Part shown: positions 52,475-64,000 of the stretch, piece by piece
How positions within the stretch are numbered: the stretch's first letter is position 1
Layout of the letters: each line of letters starts with the position of its first letter
Source: Octopus vulgaris
Lineage: Eukaryota
NCBI GenBank assembly: GCA_951406725.2
Contig: OX597841.1
Location: forward strand, 2,294,001-2,358,000
Length of the DNA stretch: 64,000 nt
Reading direction: 5' to 3'
Position numbers and translations under genes: made by a program
The notes under the pieces: model-generated
Seen by the model: only the letters and a program-made list of their open reading frames with translations
The model's database searches: none
What the model was told of the DNA's origin: nothing

Positions 52475-55400
52475 GGTGGAATTTGAACTCAGAACATAAA
52501 AATGGATGAAATCCTACTGTTTTACCTGGTTTTTGATCTTAACTGATTGGAAGTGTTATCAATGTACGTAACTTTCAGAAAAATGTATATCTTACAAAGA
52601 TGAGATTTTTTAAAATTAAACTTTGGGGAGATAAGTTTTTGAGGACTTACATTATGATTATCTTCATAAAGATTTAGGAAAACATTTTTCTAGAGGAGTT
52701 TCCAATCTTTCTCAACCCCCACCTCAGTTTTGTTATCATCAATTTCCATAACTTTGGATTTTCACAATTTTTTAAAAATAATTGTGTGAAATAAAAACAC
52801 TATGTATTCTATACCTTTGCAAAGATTTTGCAGAAATTTCATTTAAAAATGTGATCAGTTTTAAAGAGAGCTATGAGGAAACAAAGTCATGGGTGGGGCA
52901 CTAAACTGTAGTTATGTCCAAAACAGAATTTACAAATAAATCAGTGATTACAAAATTAATTAAACTGAGATAATTACTGTCTTATGAATCTATTTGATAG
53001 ACAAAAATCAGCAAACCTTAAAAACATTGCAGACATTCAGGGATACCTCACATGTAGAATACTTTAAAAAACAATGAGGGAACCAGTGGTTAGTACGACT
53101 AATTAAACTGACTTAATTACAATTTCTCTGTTGTCCCCATATTTCCAGTCTTTCTAATTTTATCACACTGTCGTCTACCTCACAGTTCCAACACTATGTC
53201 CCCCTGGCTGGGACTTTGCACCAGCCACATATTTGGTCTATAGCCCCTCAGTAGATTGTTCCCTAGGAACTTCCAGTTGTCATATATGCTATACATCTCT
53301 ATCTCCTCCACCATCAAATGCTTCGACTAGAACATCTCATTTCTACAAAGACTCACAAGGAATAAATATATATATATATGGTGAACCATCCGATCGTGGC
53401 CGTTGCCAGCGCTGCCCTGACTGGCCTCCGGTGGCATGTAAAAAGCACCATCCAATTGTGGCCATTGCCAGCCTCACCTGGCCCCCGTGCCGGTGGCAAA
53501 TAAAAAGCACCATCCGACCATGAATATTTGCCAGCCCCGTCTGGCACGTAAAAAGCACCCACTACACTCACAGAGTGGTTGGCGTTAGGAAGGGCATCCA
53601 GCCGTAGAAACATTGCCAAATCAGACTGGGCCTGTTGCAGCCTTCTGGCTTCCCAGACCCCAGTTGAACCGTCCAACCCATGCTAGCATGGAAAGCGGAC
53701 GCTAAATGATGATGATGGATATTCTGAAAAAAATACATTCATGAGGAGTCACGATGAGTAAAACCTATATATTCACTCACTGGTTGTTGGTTGTCTATAT
53801 TTCACTTCTTTTTCTCAGTAACTGATGCTTAGGATCCCAGAAAATATTTTCTTATTTAACATTGAGAAAGCAAGAGATTGGTTTCAAAAAATAGTTTCAC
53901 ATAAAAATTCTTGTAACAAGGCGCAGGAGTGGCTGTGTGGTAAGTAGCTTGCTAACCAACCACATGGTTCCGGGTTCAGTCCCACTGCGTGGCATCTTGG
54001 GCAAGTGTCTTCTGCTATAGCCTTGGGCCGACCAATGCCTTGTGAGTGGATTTGGTAGACGGAAACTGAAAGAAGCCTGTCGTATATATGTGTGTATATT
54101 TATATATGTATGTGTGTAAATGTTTGTGTGTCTGTGTTTGTCCCTCTAGCATTGCTTGACAACCGATGCTGGTGTGTTTACATCCCCGTCACTTAGCGGT
54201 TCGGCAAAAGGAACCAATAGAATAAGTACTGGGCTTACAAAGAATAAGTCCCGGGATCGATTTGCTCGACTAAAGGCGGTGCTCCAGCATGGCTGCAGTC
54301 AAATGACTGAAACAAGTAAAAGAGTAAAGAGTAACATATTCAAAGTTTGGGAGAAATTACTTTTATTAAAAATATCACAGAGGTAAACTATCTCATCAAT
54401 AGAGATATAGCTGTAGAGATAAAAACTATAGTGTTGGTAGGTTGTTATAAAACTTCTTCCTTATATAAAAACATTTGCAGTTATAGATGTTTCCATTTTT
54501 GTTTTCCATAAAACAAATTTTTAAAGTAAACCATATTCTGGCATACAGTAAGAGGTAAGTAAAGGGGTTGGCATCAGTAAATGTCAAACCTAAAAAGTGG
54601 GTGATATATCTAGTGGATTAGTTACTTGTATAGCAAAATGCACAAGGTTACCCTTACATCAGATGATGCCTAAAATGTTTGTTATTGTTGTTATAAGTTT
54701 TGACATTGATATAGTTGCACTTACATATGTGTAGATGTATGTTTATGTAACTTATGACTTTCAGAGAAAGATTTACCACAAATGTCACAGTGATATGCCT
54801 TCTCTCCCGTATGAATACGTTTGTGTTTAGTTAAGTCACTACTTTTAGAGAATGATTTGCTACAGATATCACAGGCATATGGCTTTTCACCTGTATGGAT
54901 ACGTTTGTGAGAAATTAAGTTACTACTTGCAGAGAATGATTTACCACAGATATCACAGTGATGTGGCTTCTCTCCTGTATGAATACGTTTGTGAGAAGTC
55001 AAGTTACAACTTTGCGAGAATGATTTATCACAAATATCACAGTGAAATGGCTTTTCGCCTGAATGAATACGTTTATGTTTAGTAAAGTCGCCACTCCCAG
55101 AGAATGATTTACCACAAATATCACAGTGAAATGGCTTCTCTCCAGAATGATCACGTTTGTGTTTAGTAAAGTTACTACTTCCAGAGAATGATTTACCACA
55201 AATATTACAGTGAAATGGTTTCTCTCCTGTATGAATACGTATGTGTCTAGTTAATGTACCAAATTTGTAAAATGATTTACCACAGATATCACAGAGATAT
55301 TGCCTCTCCCCTGTATGAAAACTTTTGTGCTCAGCTAAGTAACTACTTACAGAGAATGATTTACCACAGACATCACAATGATATGGTTTTTCTGCTGTAT

Positions 55401-56020
55401 GAATACGCTTGTGTTTAGTTAACGTAGTACCATCAGAGAATGATTTACCACAGACATCACAGTGAAATGGCTTCTCTCCTGTATGAATATGTTTGTGTCT
55501 AGTTAAGTGACAACTAACAGAGAATGATTTACCACAGACATCACAGTGATATGGCTTCTCTGCTGTATGAATACGCTTGTGTTTAGTTAACGTACTACCA
55601 TCAGAGAATGATTTACCACAGACATCACAATAATATGGTTTCTCTCCTGAATGAATGCGTTTGTGAGAAGTCAATTGATAACTTCGAGAGAATGATTTAC
55701 CACAGATATCACAGTGATATGGCTTCTCTCCCGTATGAACACGTTTGTGTTTAGTTAAGACAGCACTTTGAGAGAATGATTTACCACAGATATCACAATG
55801 ATATGGCTTCTCCCCTGTATGAATGCGAATGTGCTTATTTAAGTCTATATTTTGAGAAAATGATTTGTCACAGATATGACACTGATATGGCTTCTCTCCT
55901 GTATGAATACGTATGTGTATTGTTAAGTTATTACTAACAGAGAAAGATTTACCACAGATAGCACAATGATATGGTTTCTCTCCTGAATGAAGACGTCTGT
56001 GTTTAGTTAAAGTACTACTA
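52475..56020. repeat. Direct segmental duplication, copy 1 (copy 2 at about 60495-64000)
   Basis: Near-identical sequence including both SINEs and the ZF 3' part; offset about 8.03 kb. Confidence 0.92.
53920..54332 (+). mobile_element. SINE family A (duplicated at 61955-62369)
   Basis: Homology; GTAACA flanking repeat. Confidence 0.85.
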
Positions 56021-56211
56021 ACAGTGAATGATTTACCACAGATATCACAATGATATGGCTTCTCTCCTGTATGAATACGTTGGTGTTTAGTCAAGTTATC
56101 TTTTAGAGAGAATGTCTTTTCACAGATATCACAGTCATAGGATAATTTACTTCTCTCTTTTATCATGTCTTCAGGTAAAATCAATTCGGTATGTTTCTCG
56201 CTTTTATCCAT
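54721..56211 (-). CDS. ZF8: C2H2 zinc-finger protein, about 17 fingers, 496 aa
   Basis: Intact ORF; ATG at 56211 (MDKSEKH); close paralog of ZF3. Confidence 0.92.
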   Translation of the reverse strand: MDKSEKHTELILPEDMIKERSKLSYDCDICEKTFSLKDNLTKHQRIHTGEKPYHCDICGKSFTVSSTLTKHRRLHSGEKPYHCAICGKSFSVSNNLTIHIRIHTGEKPYQCHICDKSFSQNIDLNKHIRIHTGEKPYHCDICGKSFSQSAVLTKHKRVHTGEKPYHCDICGKSFSRSYQLTSHKRIHSGEKPYYCDVCGKSFSDGSTLTKHKRIHTAEKPYHCDVCGKSFSVSCHLTRHKHIHTGEKPFHCDVCGKSFSDGTTLTKHKRIHTAEKPYHCDVCGKSFSVSSYLAEHKSFHTGERQYLCDICGKSFYKFGTLTRHIRIHTGEKPFHCNICGKSFSGSSNFTKHKRDHSGEKPFHCDICGKSFSGSGDFTKHKRIHSGEKPFHCDICDKSFSQSCNLTSHKRIHTGEKPHHCDICGKSFSASSNLISHKRIHTGEKPYACDICSKSFSKSSDLTKHKRIHTGEKAYHCDICGKSFSESHKLHKHTSTHM

Positions 56212-57216
56212 AATTTTTCTTTTCAAATCAATATATAATAATAATAATGATGATGACGATAAATATATAAATATATATACGCAAACATATATTTTTTATT
56301 TTGTTCTTATAGGTTATACCTTGCCAATATTTCAATCACTGTATTTCTGTCCAATGTTACCTTTGTCTCAGAACTTTTTTCTCAATTTATCCAAGTTTAA
56401 TTTGCACACAAATTTGTTTTGTTGACACTGTAGTCAGAAATGCAAGGAACGTTTGATAATAATAACAGAGCATATATTGCACTGGAATGCCATAATAACT
56501 TTACAGAAATGGTATTATATATCTGCTTTCAATAGCATTTTCTTTGTCTTCAAAACACGATAAATATTGAGAATGTATCTTCACTTATCCCAACGTCATC
56601 TGATATTCTGAAATAATAAAGAAACAATCAGTGTAAGACACAGAAACTACTTAAAAATTACAGATTCAGTACATATACAAATACCAGCACGAGAGATATA
56701 CATATAGAGAGAAAGAGTGAGAGAGAATGTGGTAAATATATAGAAGGTGAAAGCTCGCAAAGAGAAAAGCATAAGAGACAGAGGTAGACAGATAAAGAGT
56801 TGTACGTAGATACATGCGACACACAATATTCCCTGTGATTGATCTGCATCACCTCATAACAAGACAGATGTGGGGAGCAGTTGTGTCGTTAAAATATATG
56901 AGGAAACAAAGTCGAAGACATAAAACATCTAACCCTTTCTCCCAACTATATTTTTTTCACAACAAATTCCAACATATTCGTAATCCACATTGTCTGAAAA
57001 GTATTTCTAGAAAATTTCATTACCAAAAATATCCATTTTTCACGAAGTTATGACGAATCAAATTGCTAGTTGAGTGAGCACACATCGGTAGTTATATCAA
57101 GAAACATTCGATAAATAATAATAATAAAGTATTGGTTTCTCAACATTTCAGCGGTTGGGGTGTATTTGAGAATATTTCTCAAACCACGACAAACACGGCA
57201 ACGATGGAGGGTGTAG

Positions 57217-57590
57217 CTTCCATGGCTAGAAATAGCAGCCAAATCTCGCACAAATAATAGACATCTCTCATCCATAGCTAGAAATAGCAGCCAGATATCG
57301 CACTAATCATAGACATTTCTCTTCCATAGCTAGAAATAGCAGCCAAATCTCGCACAAATAATAGACATCTCTCATCCATAGCTAGAAATAGCAGCCAGAT
57401 ATCGCACTAATCATAGACATTTCTCTTCCATAGCTAGAAATAGCAGCCAAATCTGGCACGAAACATAGTGATTTCTCTTCCATAACTAGAAATAGCAACC
57501 AGATCTCGCTCAAATCATAGATAACTCTCTTCCATAGCTAGAAATAGCAGCTAAATCTTGTACAATACATAGACATCTCTGATACATAAA
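57217..57590 (-). repeat. 52-bp tandem array (about 7 units) in ZF8 intron 1
   Basis: CCATAGCTAGAAATAGCAGCCA(A/G)AT repeated; alternating unit variants. Confidence 0.92.
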
Positions 57591-57645
57591 AAATTGGAGA
57601 AAAACAGCCAATCGAAAAGTCAAATACTGAACGTCTACTGATGAA

Positions 57646-57802
57646 ATACTCACGGAAAAGTTTCATAGGGGATAACGTTGTTATAAGTGGATTTGTAATA
57701 GATGAGAAATGTATTAAAAGTTTAGGAATAGAAATTCATTCAACCAACAATTCAATTAATGTCAAGACGGAAACGGAAATATATCTCGTGCGCACGCGTG
57801 GG
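57646..57802 (-). promoter_or_regulatory. ZF8 predicted promoter (ACGCGTGCGCAC; TTTCCGTTTCCGTC), exon 1 and donor GTGAGTAT at 57653
   Basis: Homologous to the ZF3 promoter at 25873-26050. Confidence 0.65.
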
Positions 57803-57863
57803 TTTTACAGAAACCACGGTAGACAACTCTTGTTACTATCTTTCTGTTCCTGGGGACTTCAAC

Positions 57864-58539
<676 letters not shown>

Positions 58540-58540
<1 letters not shown>

Positions 58541-59000
58541 CATTGTGTACAGTGCTCAGGTGCACTACAACTCATCTAAAGTGTATGTATAGTACATTGG
58601 GTAATGTACAAGCGTCAGGAAAAGAACAGTGTATGAGTCATGACATACACATATGTGTATGAGTATAGAAGTGGGGCAATCAGGTGTAGTTTCGGCGGAT
58701 TTCGGAAAGCATGAGGGCCTTAAAGGATGTAGTGTTATGGCAGTCAACAACTGACGCAGGCAGTTTGTTCCATGCTTCAGCAACTCTGCGCGTGAAAAAA
58801 TGTTTGCGAAAGTCATGGGAGCGGTGCTGTTTTCTGACTTTGTAGGCATGTCCACGTGTGTTGGACACATGGAGATCAAAAAGGTGTTGAGTGTTGTTGT
58901 TGGTGAGGTGGTTGATAACTTTGTGGGTGTTTACCAAGTCCATCCCCAGACGCCGGAGCTTCAGTGAATCCATGCCCAGGGAAACAAGGCGCTCTGAGAA
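58540..59000 (-). mobile_element. 3' end of a CR1/L2-like LINE
   Basis: Translation LGMDSLKLRRL..TRGHAYKVRK..RKHFFTRRVAEAWNKLP is typical of an ORF2 C-terminus. Confidence 0.75.
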
Positions 59001-59099
59001 AAACGTCAGACGTATAAAATATTCTAAAAACTTCTTGAATGAACAGTCTATGTCCCTCAGTAGATTGTCCTGCAGGGACTTCCAGTTGTCCAATATGCT

Positions 59100-59940
59100 A
59101 TACATCTCTATTTTAAATGCTTCAAATAGAATTTCACAAAATTTCTTACTGTTTTTGTTGAGTGTTTGAATTTATATATTGTCGTTTTCTGGAATGACCT
59201 ATTTCTCGGAAACCTTCTAGCTCTAAGTTTCAAATCACAAACCACTAACCTATGTTGAGTTGTACATTCATCACCATGGAAAGACTTCACATTCACAAGT
59301 ATCTATCTCATTTTCAAGTAAGAATGAAGTCAATCAAGTAAGAATCAAGTCATATCAATCAAGGCCATCTCCTTGAAGAAATTAATGACTTGTCTGCTTT
59401 CCTACATGCTAGTACTATGGGTTTTGCTAAATTAAGTCTAAGGCCCTCGAATTGCAGACGCTGCATCCACACCTTATATTCATTCTCTAACTCGTGTAGA
59501 AATTCTGCTATAATAAAGGGTATCATCATAGTGGAGCTCTCAAGGGCATCTAGTCTTAAATTCCTCTGCTATGGCTAGAAGGTCTATGATAAATAAGAGG
59601 GGAGTGAGAATTGATCCTTTGGGAACTCCTACTTGCTTACTAAATTCATTGCTACACACATTACCAACTTTCATCTTACTGACAGCATCCCTGTACACAG
59701 TTTGTATGGCTCACACCAACAACTCTATTCCTAGCTTCTGCATTAACCACTGAATAAGGAAGTGGGGGAACCTGTCAAAGGCTTTCTCAATGTCAAGTAT
59801 AGAGGTTTAATTTTTACTAAATTCTTCTCAGTACTCGTCTTACAAAGAAGAAAACATCAGTAGTGCTTCTACATAACACAAAGCCAAACTGCATCTATTT
59901 CTCTCTCTTCCTAATTAGCTGAGCTATGAGCCTCACAAAA
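59100..59940 (-). mobile_element. Degenerate RTE-like LINE fragments
   Basis: QHRLVVCDL (endonuclease end) and MQFGFV-like RT motifs. Confidence 0.6.
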
Positions 59941-62836
59941 AGAGGGGGGCGTCAATAACGGTCAGAATCTCATACAAAAAATTTCATTCATCAATTTTAG
60001 TAAGGTAATTGTAGTCTAGACCCTCAAACACTTATCTCTGCAAAATTTAATTTAAACAACGATAAGTAGGTTATGAGTAGACAGTCTGTTGTGGGGCACT
60101 AAACTATTGTTATGAGGAAAATTCTTCTCTTGTGGTTTCTTCCATTTTGTACAGGAGGTCATTGTTTATGTATATATTTGACAACTTTACTGCATCCGTG
60201 TTTGAAAAAGCCATGACTTATGCTACCATTAACATATTTGAGAAGCATTTAAAAGGCTAATAAAAAAAAATATATATAGTAAATTGGGGAAGTGGTATTC
60301 AACAAAGAACAATGTGTAGGGTTGAAGGAGGAGAAGTTTCAGTATAGGGGTCCCTACATCATGGGAAATGAAAAGAGCATGGAAGTGAGGCTTGTGTGAA
60401 AAGGTATGAAAGACAAAATAAAAAACTGGAATTTTGGGAAATTCTTTATTTTCAGTATTGTAATTTCCAGAATTGTAATTTTCAGATTCCACCCCGGTGG
60501 AATTTGAACTCAGAACATAAAAATGGATGAAATCCTACTGTTTTACCTGGTTTTTGATCTTAACTGATTGGAAGTGTTATCAATGTACGTAACTTTCAGA
60601 AAAATGTATATCTTACAAAGATGAGATTTTTTAAAATTAAACTTTGGGGAGATAAGTTTTTGAGGACTTACATTATGATTATCTTCATAAAGATTTAGGA
60701 AAACATTTTTCTAGGGGAGTTTCCAATCTTTCTCAACCCCCACCTCAGTTTTGTTATCATCAATTTCCATAACTTTGGATTTTCACTATTTTTTAAAAAT
60801 AATTGTGTGAAATAAAAACACTATGTATTCTAAACCTTTGCAAAGATTTTGCAGAAATTTCATTTAAAAATGTGATCAGTTTTAAAGAGAGCTATGAGGA
60901 AACAAAGTCATGGATGGGGCACTAAACTGTAGTTATGTCCAAAACAGAATTTACAAATAAATCAGCCCTTTTACAAAAGTGATTACAAAATTAATTAAAC
61001 TGAGATAATTACTGTCTTGTGAATCTATTTGATAGACAAAAATCAGCAAACCTTAAAAGCATTGCAGGCATTCAGGGATACCTCACATGTAGAATATTTT
61101 AAAAAACAATGCGGGAACCAGTGGTTAGTACGACTAATTAAACTGACTTAATTACTATTTCTCTGTTGTCCCCATATTTCCAGTCTTTCTAATTTTATCA
61201 CACTGTCGTCTACCTCACAGTTCCAACACTATGTCCCCCTGGCTGGGACTTTGCACCAGCCACATATTTGGTCTATAGCCCCTCAGTAGATTGTTCCCTA
61301 GGAACTTCCAGTTGTCATATATGCTATACATCTCTATCTCCTCCACCATCAAATGCTTCGACTAGAACATCTCATTTCTACAAAGACTCACAAGGAATAA
61401 ATATATATATATATGGTGAACCATCCGATCGTGGCCGTTGCCAGCGCTGCCCTGACTGGCCTCCGGTGGCATGTAAAAAGCACCATCCAATTGTGGCCAT
61501 TGCCAGCCTCACCTGGCCCCCGTGCCGGTGGCAAATAAAAAGCACCATCCGACCATGAATATTTGCCAGCCCCGTCTGGCACGTAAAAAGCACCCACTAC
61601 ACTCACAGAGTGGTTGGCGTTAGGAAGGGCATCCAGCCGTAGAAACATTGCCAAATCAGACTGGGCCTGTTGCAGCCTTCTGGCTTCCCAGACCCCAGTT
61701 GAACTGTCCAACCCATGCTAGCATGGAAAGCGGACGCTAAATGATGATGATGGATATTCTGAAAAAAATACATTCATAAGGAGTCACGATGAGTAAAACC
61801 TATATATTCACTCACTGGTTGTTGGTTGTCTATATTTCACTTCTTTTTCTCAGTAACTGATGCTTAGGATCCCAGAAAATATTTTCTTATTTAACATTGA
61901 GAAAGCAAGAGATTGGTTTCAAAAAATAGTTTCACATAAAAATTCTTGTAACAAGGCGCAGGAGTGGCTGTGTGGTAAGTAGCTTGCTAACCAACCACAT
62001 GGTTCCGGGTTCAGTCCCACTGCGTGGCATCTTGGGCAAGTGTCTTCTGCTATAGCCTTGGGCCGACCAATGCCTTGTGAGTGGATTTGGTAGATGGAAA
62101 CTGAAAGAAGCCTGTCGTATATATGTGTGTATATATATATATGTATGTGTGTAAATGTTTGTGTGTCTGTGTTTGTCCCTCTAGCATTGCTTGACAACCG
62201 ATTCTGGTGTGTTTACGTCCCCGTCACTTAGCGGTTCGGCAAAAGGAACCAATAGAATAAGTACTGGGCTTACAAAGAATAAGTCCCGGGATCGATTTGC
62301 TCGACTAAAGGCGGTGCTCCAGCATGGCTGCAGTCAAATGACTGAAACAAGTAAAAGAGTAAAGAGTAACATATTCAAAGTTTGGGAGAAATTACTTTTA
62401 TTAAAAATATCACAGAGGTAAACTATCTCATCAATAGAGATATAGCTGTAGAGATAAAAACTATAGTGTTGGTAGGTTGTTATAAAACTTCTTCCTTATA
62501 TAAAAACATTTGCAGTTATAGATGTTTCCATTTTTGTTTTCCATAAAACAAATTTTTAAAGTAAACCATATTCTGGCATACAGTAAGAGGTAAGTAAAGG
62601 GGTTGGCATCAGTAAATGTCAAACCTAAAAAGTGGGTGATATATCGAGTGGATTAGTTACTTGTATAGCAAAATGCACAAGGTTACCCTTACATCAGATG
62701 ATGCCTAAAATGTTTGTTATTGTTGTTATAAGTTTTGACATTGATATAGTTGCACTTACATATGTGTAGATGTATGTTTATGTAACTTATGACTTTCAGA
62801 GAAAGATTTACCACAAATGTCACAGTGATATGCCTT

Positions 62837-64000
62837 CTATCCCGTATGAATACGTCTGTGTTTAGTTAAGTCACTACTTTTAGAGAATGATTTGCTACAG
62901 ATATCACAGGCATATGGCTTTTCACCTGTATGGATACGTTTGTGAGAAATTAAGTTACTACTTGCAGAGAATGATTTACCACAGATATCACAGTGATGTG
63001 GCTTCTCTCCTGTATGAATACGTTTGTGAGAAGTCAAGTTACAACTTTGCGAGAATGATTTATCACAAATATCACAGTGAAATGGCTTTTCGCCTGAATG
63101 AATACGTTTATGTTTAGTAAAGTCGCCACTCCCAGAGAATGATTTACCACAAATATCACAGTGAAATGGCTTCTCTCCAGAATGATCACGTTTGTGTTTA
63201 GTAAAGTTACTACTTCCAGAGAATGATTTACCACAAATATTACAGTGAAATGGTTTCTCTCCTGTATGAATACGTATGTGTCTAGTTAATGTACCAAATT
63301 TGTAAAATGATTTACCACAGATATCACAGAGATATTGCCTCTCCCCTGTATGAAAACTTTTGTGCTCAGCTAAGTAAGTACTACTTACAGAGAATGATTT
63401 ACCACAGACATCACAATGATATGGTTTTTCTGCTGTATGAATACGCTTGTGTTTAGTTAACGTAGTACCATCAGAGAATGATTTACCACAGACATCACAG
63501 TGAAATGGCTTCTCTCCTGTATGAATATGTTTGTGTCTAGTTAAGTGACAACTAACAGAGAATGATTTACCACAGACATCACAGTGATATGGCTTCTCTG
63601 CTGTATGAATACGCTTGTGTTTAGTTAACGTACTACCATCAGAGAATGATTTACCACAGACATCACAATAATATGGTTTCTCTCCTGAATGAATGCGTTT
63701 GTGAGAAGTCAATTGATAACTTCGAGAGAATGATTTACCACAGATATCACAGTGATATGGCTTCTCTCCCGTATGAACACGTTTGTGTTTAGTTAAGACA
63801 GCACTTTGAGAGAATGATTTACCACAGATATCACAATGATATGGCTTCTCCCCTGTATGAATGCGAATGTGCTTATTTAAGTCTATATTTTGAGAAAATG
63901 ATTTGTCACAGATATGACACTGATATGGCTTCTCTCCTGTATGAATACGTATGTGTATTGTTAAGTTATTACTAACAGAGAAAGATTTACCACAGATAGC
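62837..64000 (-). CDS. ZF9: partial duplicate of ZF8, 5' end outside the window, premature TAG removing the last finger
   Basis: Frame appears open to the window edge; GAG>TAG at 62837-62839; 3-nt insertion giving SVSSTYL. Confidence 0.8.
   Translation of the reverse strand, partial: AICGKSFSVSNNLTIHIRIHTGEKPYQCHICDKSFSQNIDLNKHIRIHTGEKPYHCDICGKSFSQSAVLTKHKRVHTGEKPYHCDICGKSFSRSYQLTSHKRIHSGEKPYYCDVCGKSFSDGSTLTKHKRIHTAEKPYHCDVCGKSFSVSCHLTRHKHIHTGEKPFHCDVCGKSFSDGTTLTKHKRIHTAEKPYHCDVCGKSFSVSSTYLAEHKSFHTGERQYLCDICGKSFYKFGTLTRHIRIHTGEKPFHCNICGKSFSGSSNFTKHKRDHSGEKPFHCDICGKSFSGSGDFTKHKRIHSGEKPFHCDICDKSFSQSCNLTSHKRIHTGEKPHHCDICGKSFSASSNLISHKRIHTGEKPYACDICSKSFSKSSDLTKHRRIHTG

Noticed and set aside
62837-62839. 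Editing rescue of the ZF9 TAG to TGG
   Set aside because: Nothing in the sequence supports it; the change is a simple G>T and may be an error

Overview
Eukaryotic, AT-rich, repeat-dense window containing a tandem cluster of nine C2H2 zinc-finger genes or gene copies, here called ZF1-ZF9 from left to right (strands +,+,-,+,+,-,+,-,-). The SINE families and the KRAB-less, single-coding-exon finger arrays point to a coleoid cephalopod, probably Octopus (inference). The genes are copies of one cassette: a CpG-containing promoter with an NRF1-like (T)GCGCATGCG palindrome, a short non-coding exon 1, a GT(A/G)AGTAT donor, a sense-oriented 52-bp tandem array (0 to about 38 units, with a gene-specific unit variant), a TE-filled intron, a TTTCTTTATTATTTCAG acceptor, a tiny uORF, an approximately 24-aa charged leader, 10-22 fingers and often decayed fingers in the 3' UTR. 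Other notable structure: two head-to-head promoter pairs (one joined at a transposon-TIR scar), a large inverted duplication (ZF5/ZF6), a near-identical direct duplication (ZF8/ZF9), orphan 3' flanks, two minimal hammerhead-ribozyme motifs, non-autonomous Helitrons, MITEs, four SINE-like families, LINE fragments and a 100-N gap. Exon structures are predicted from paralog comparison only, and copy numbers are counted by eye.
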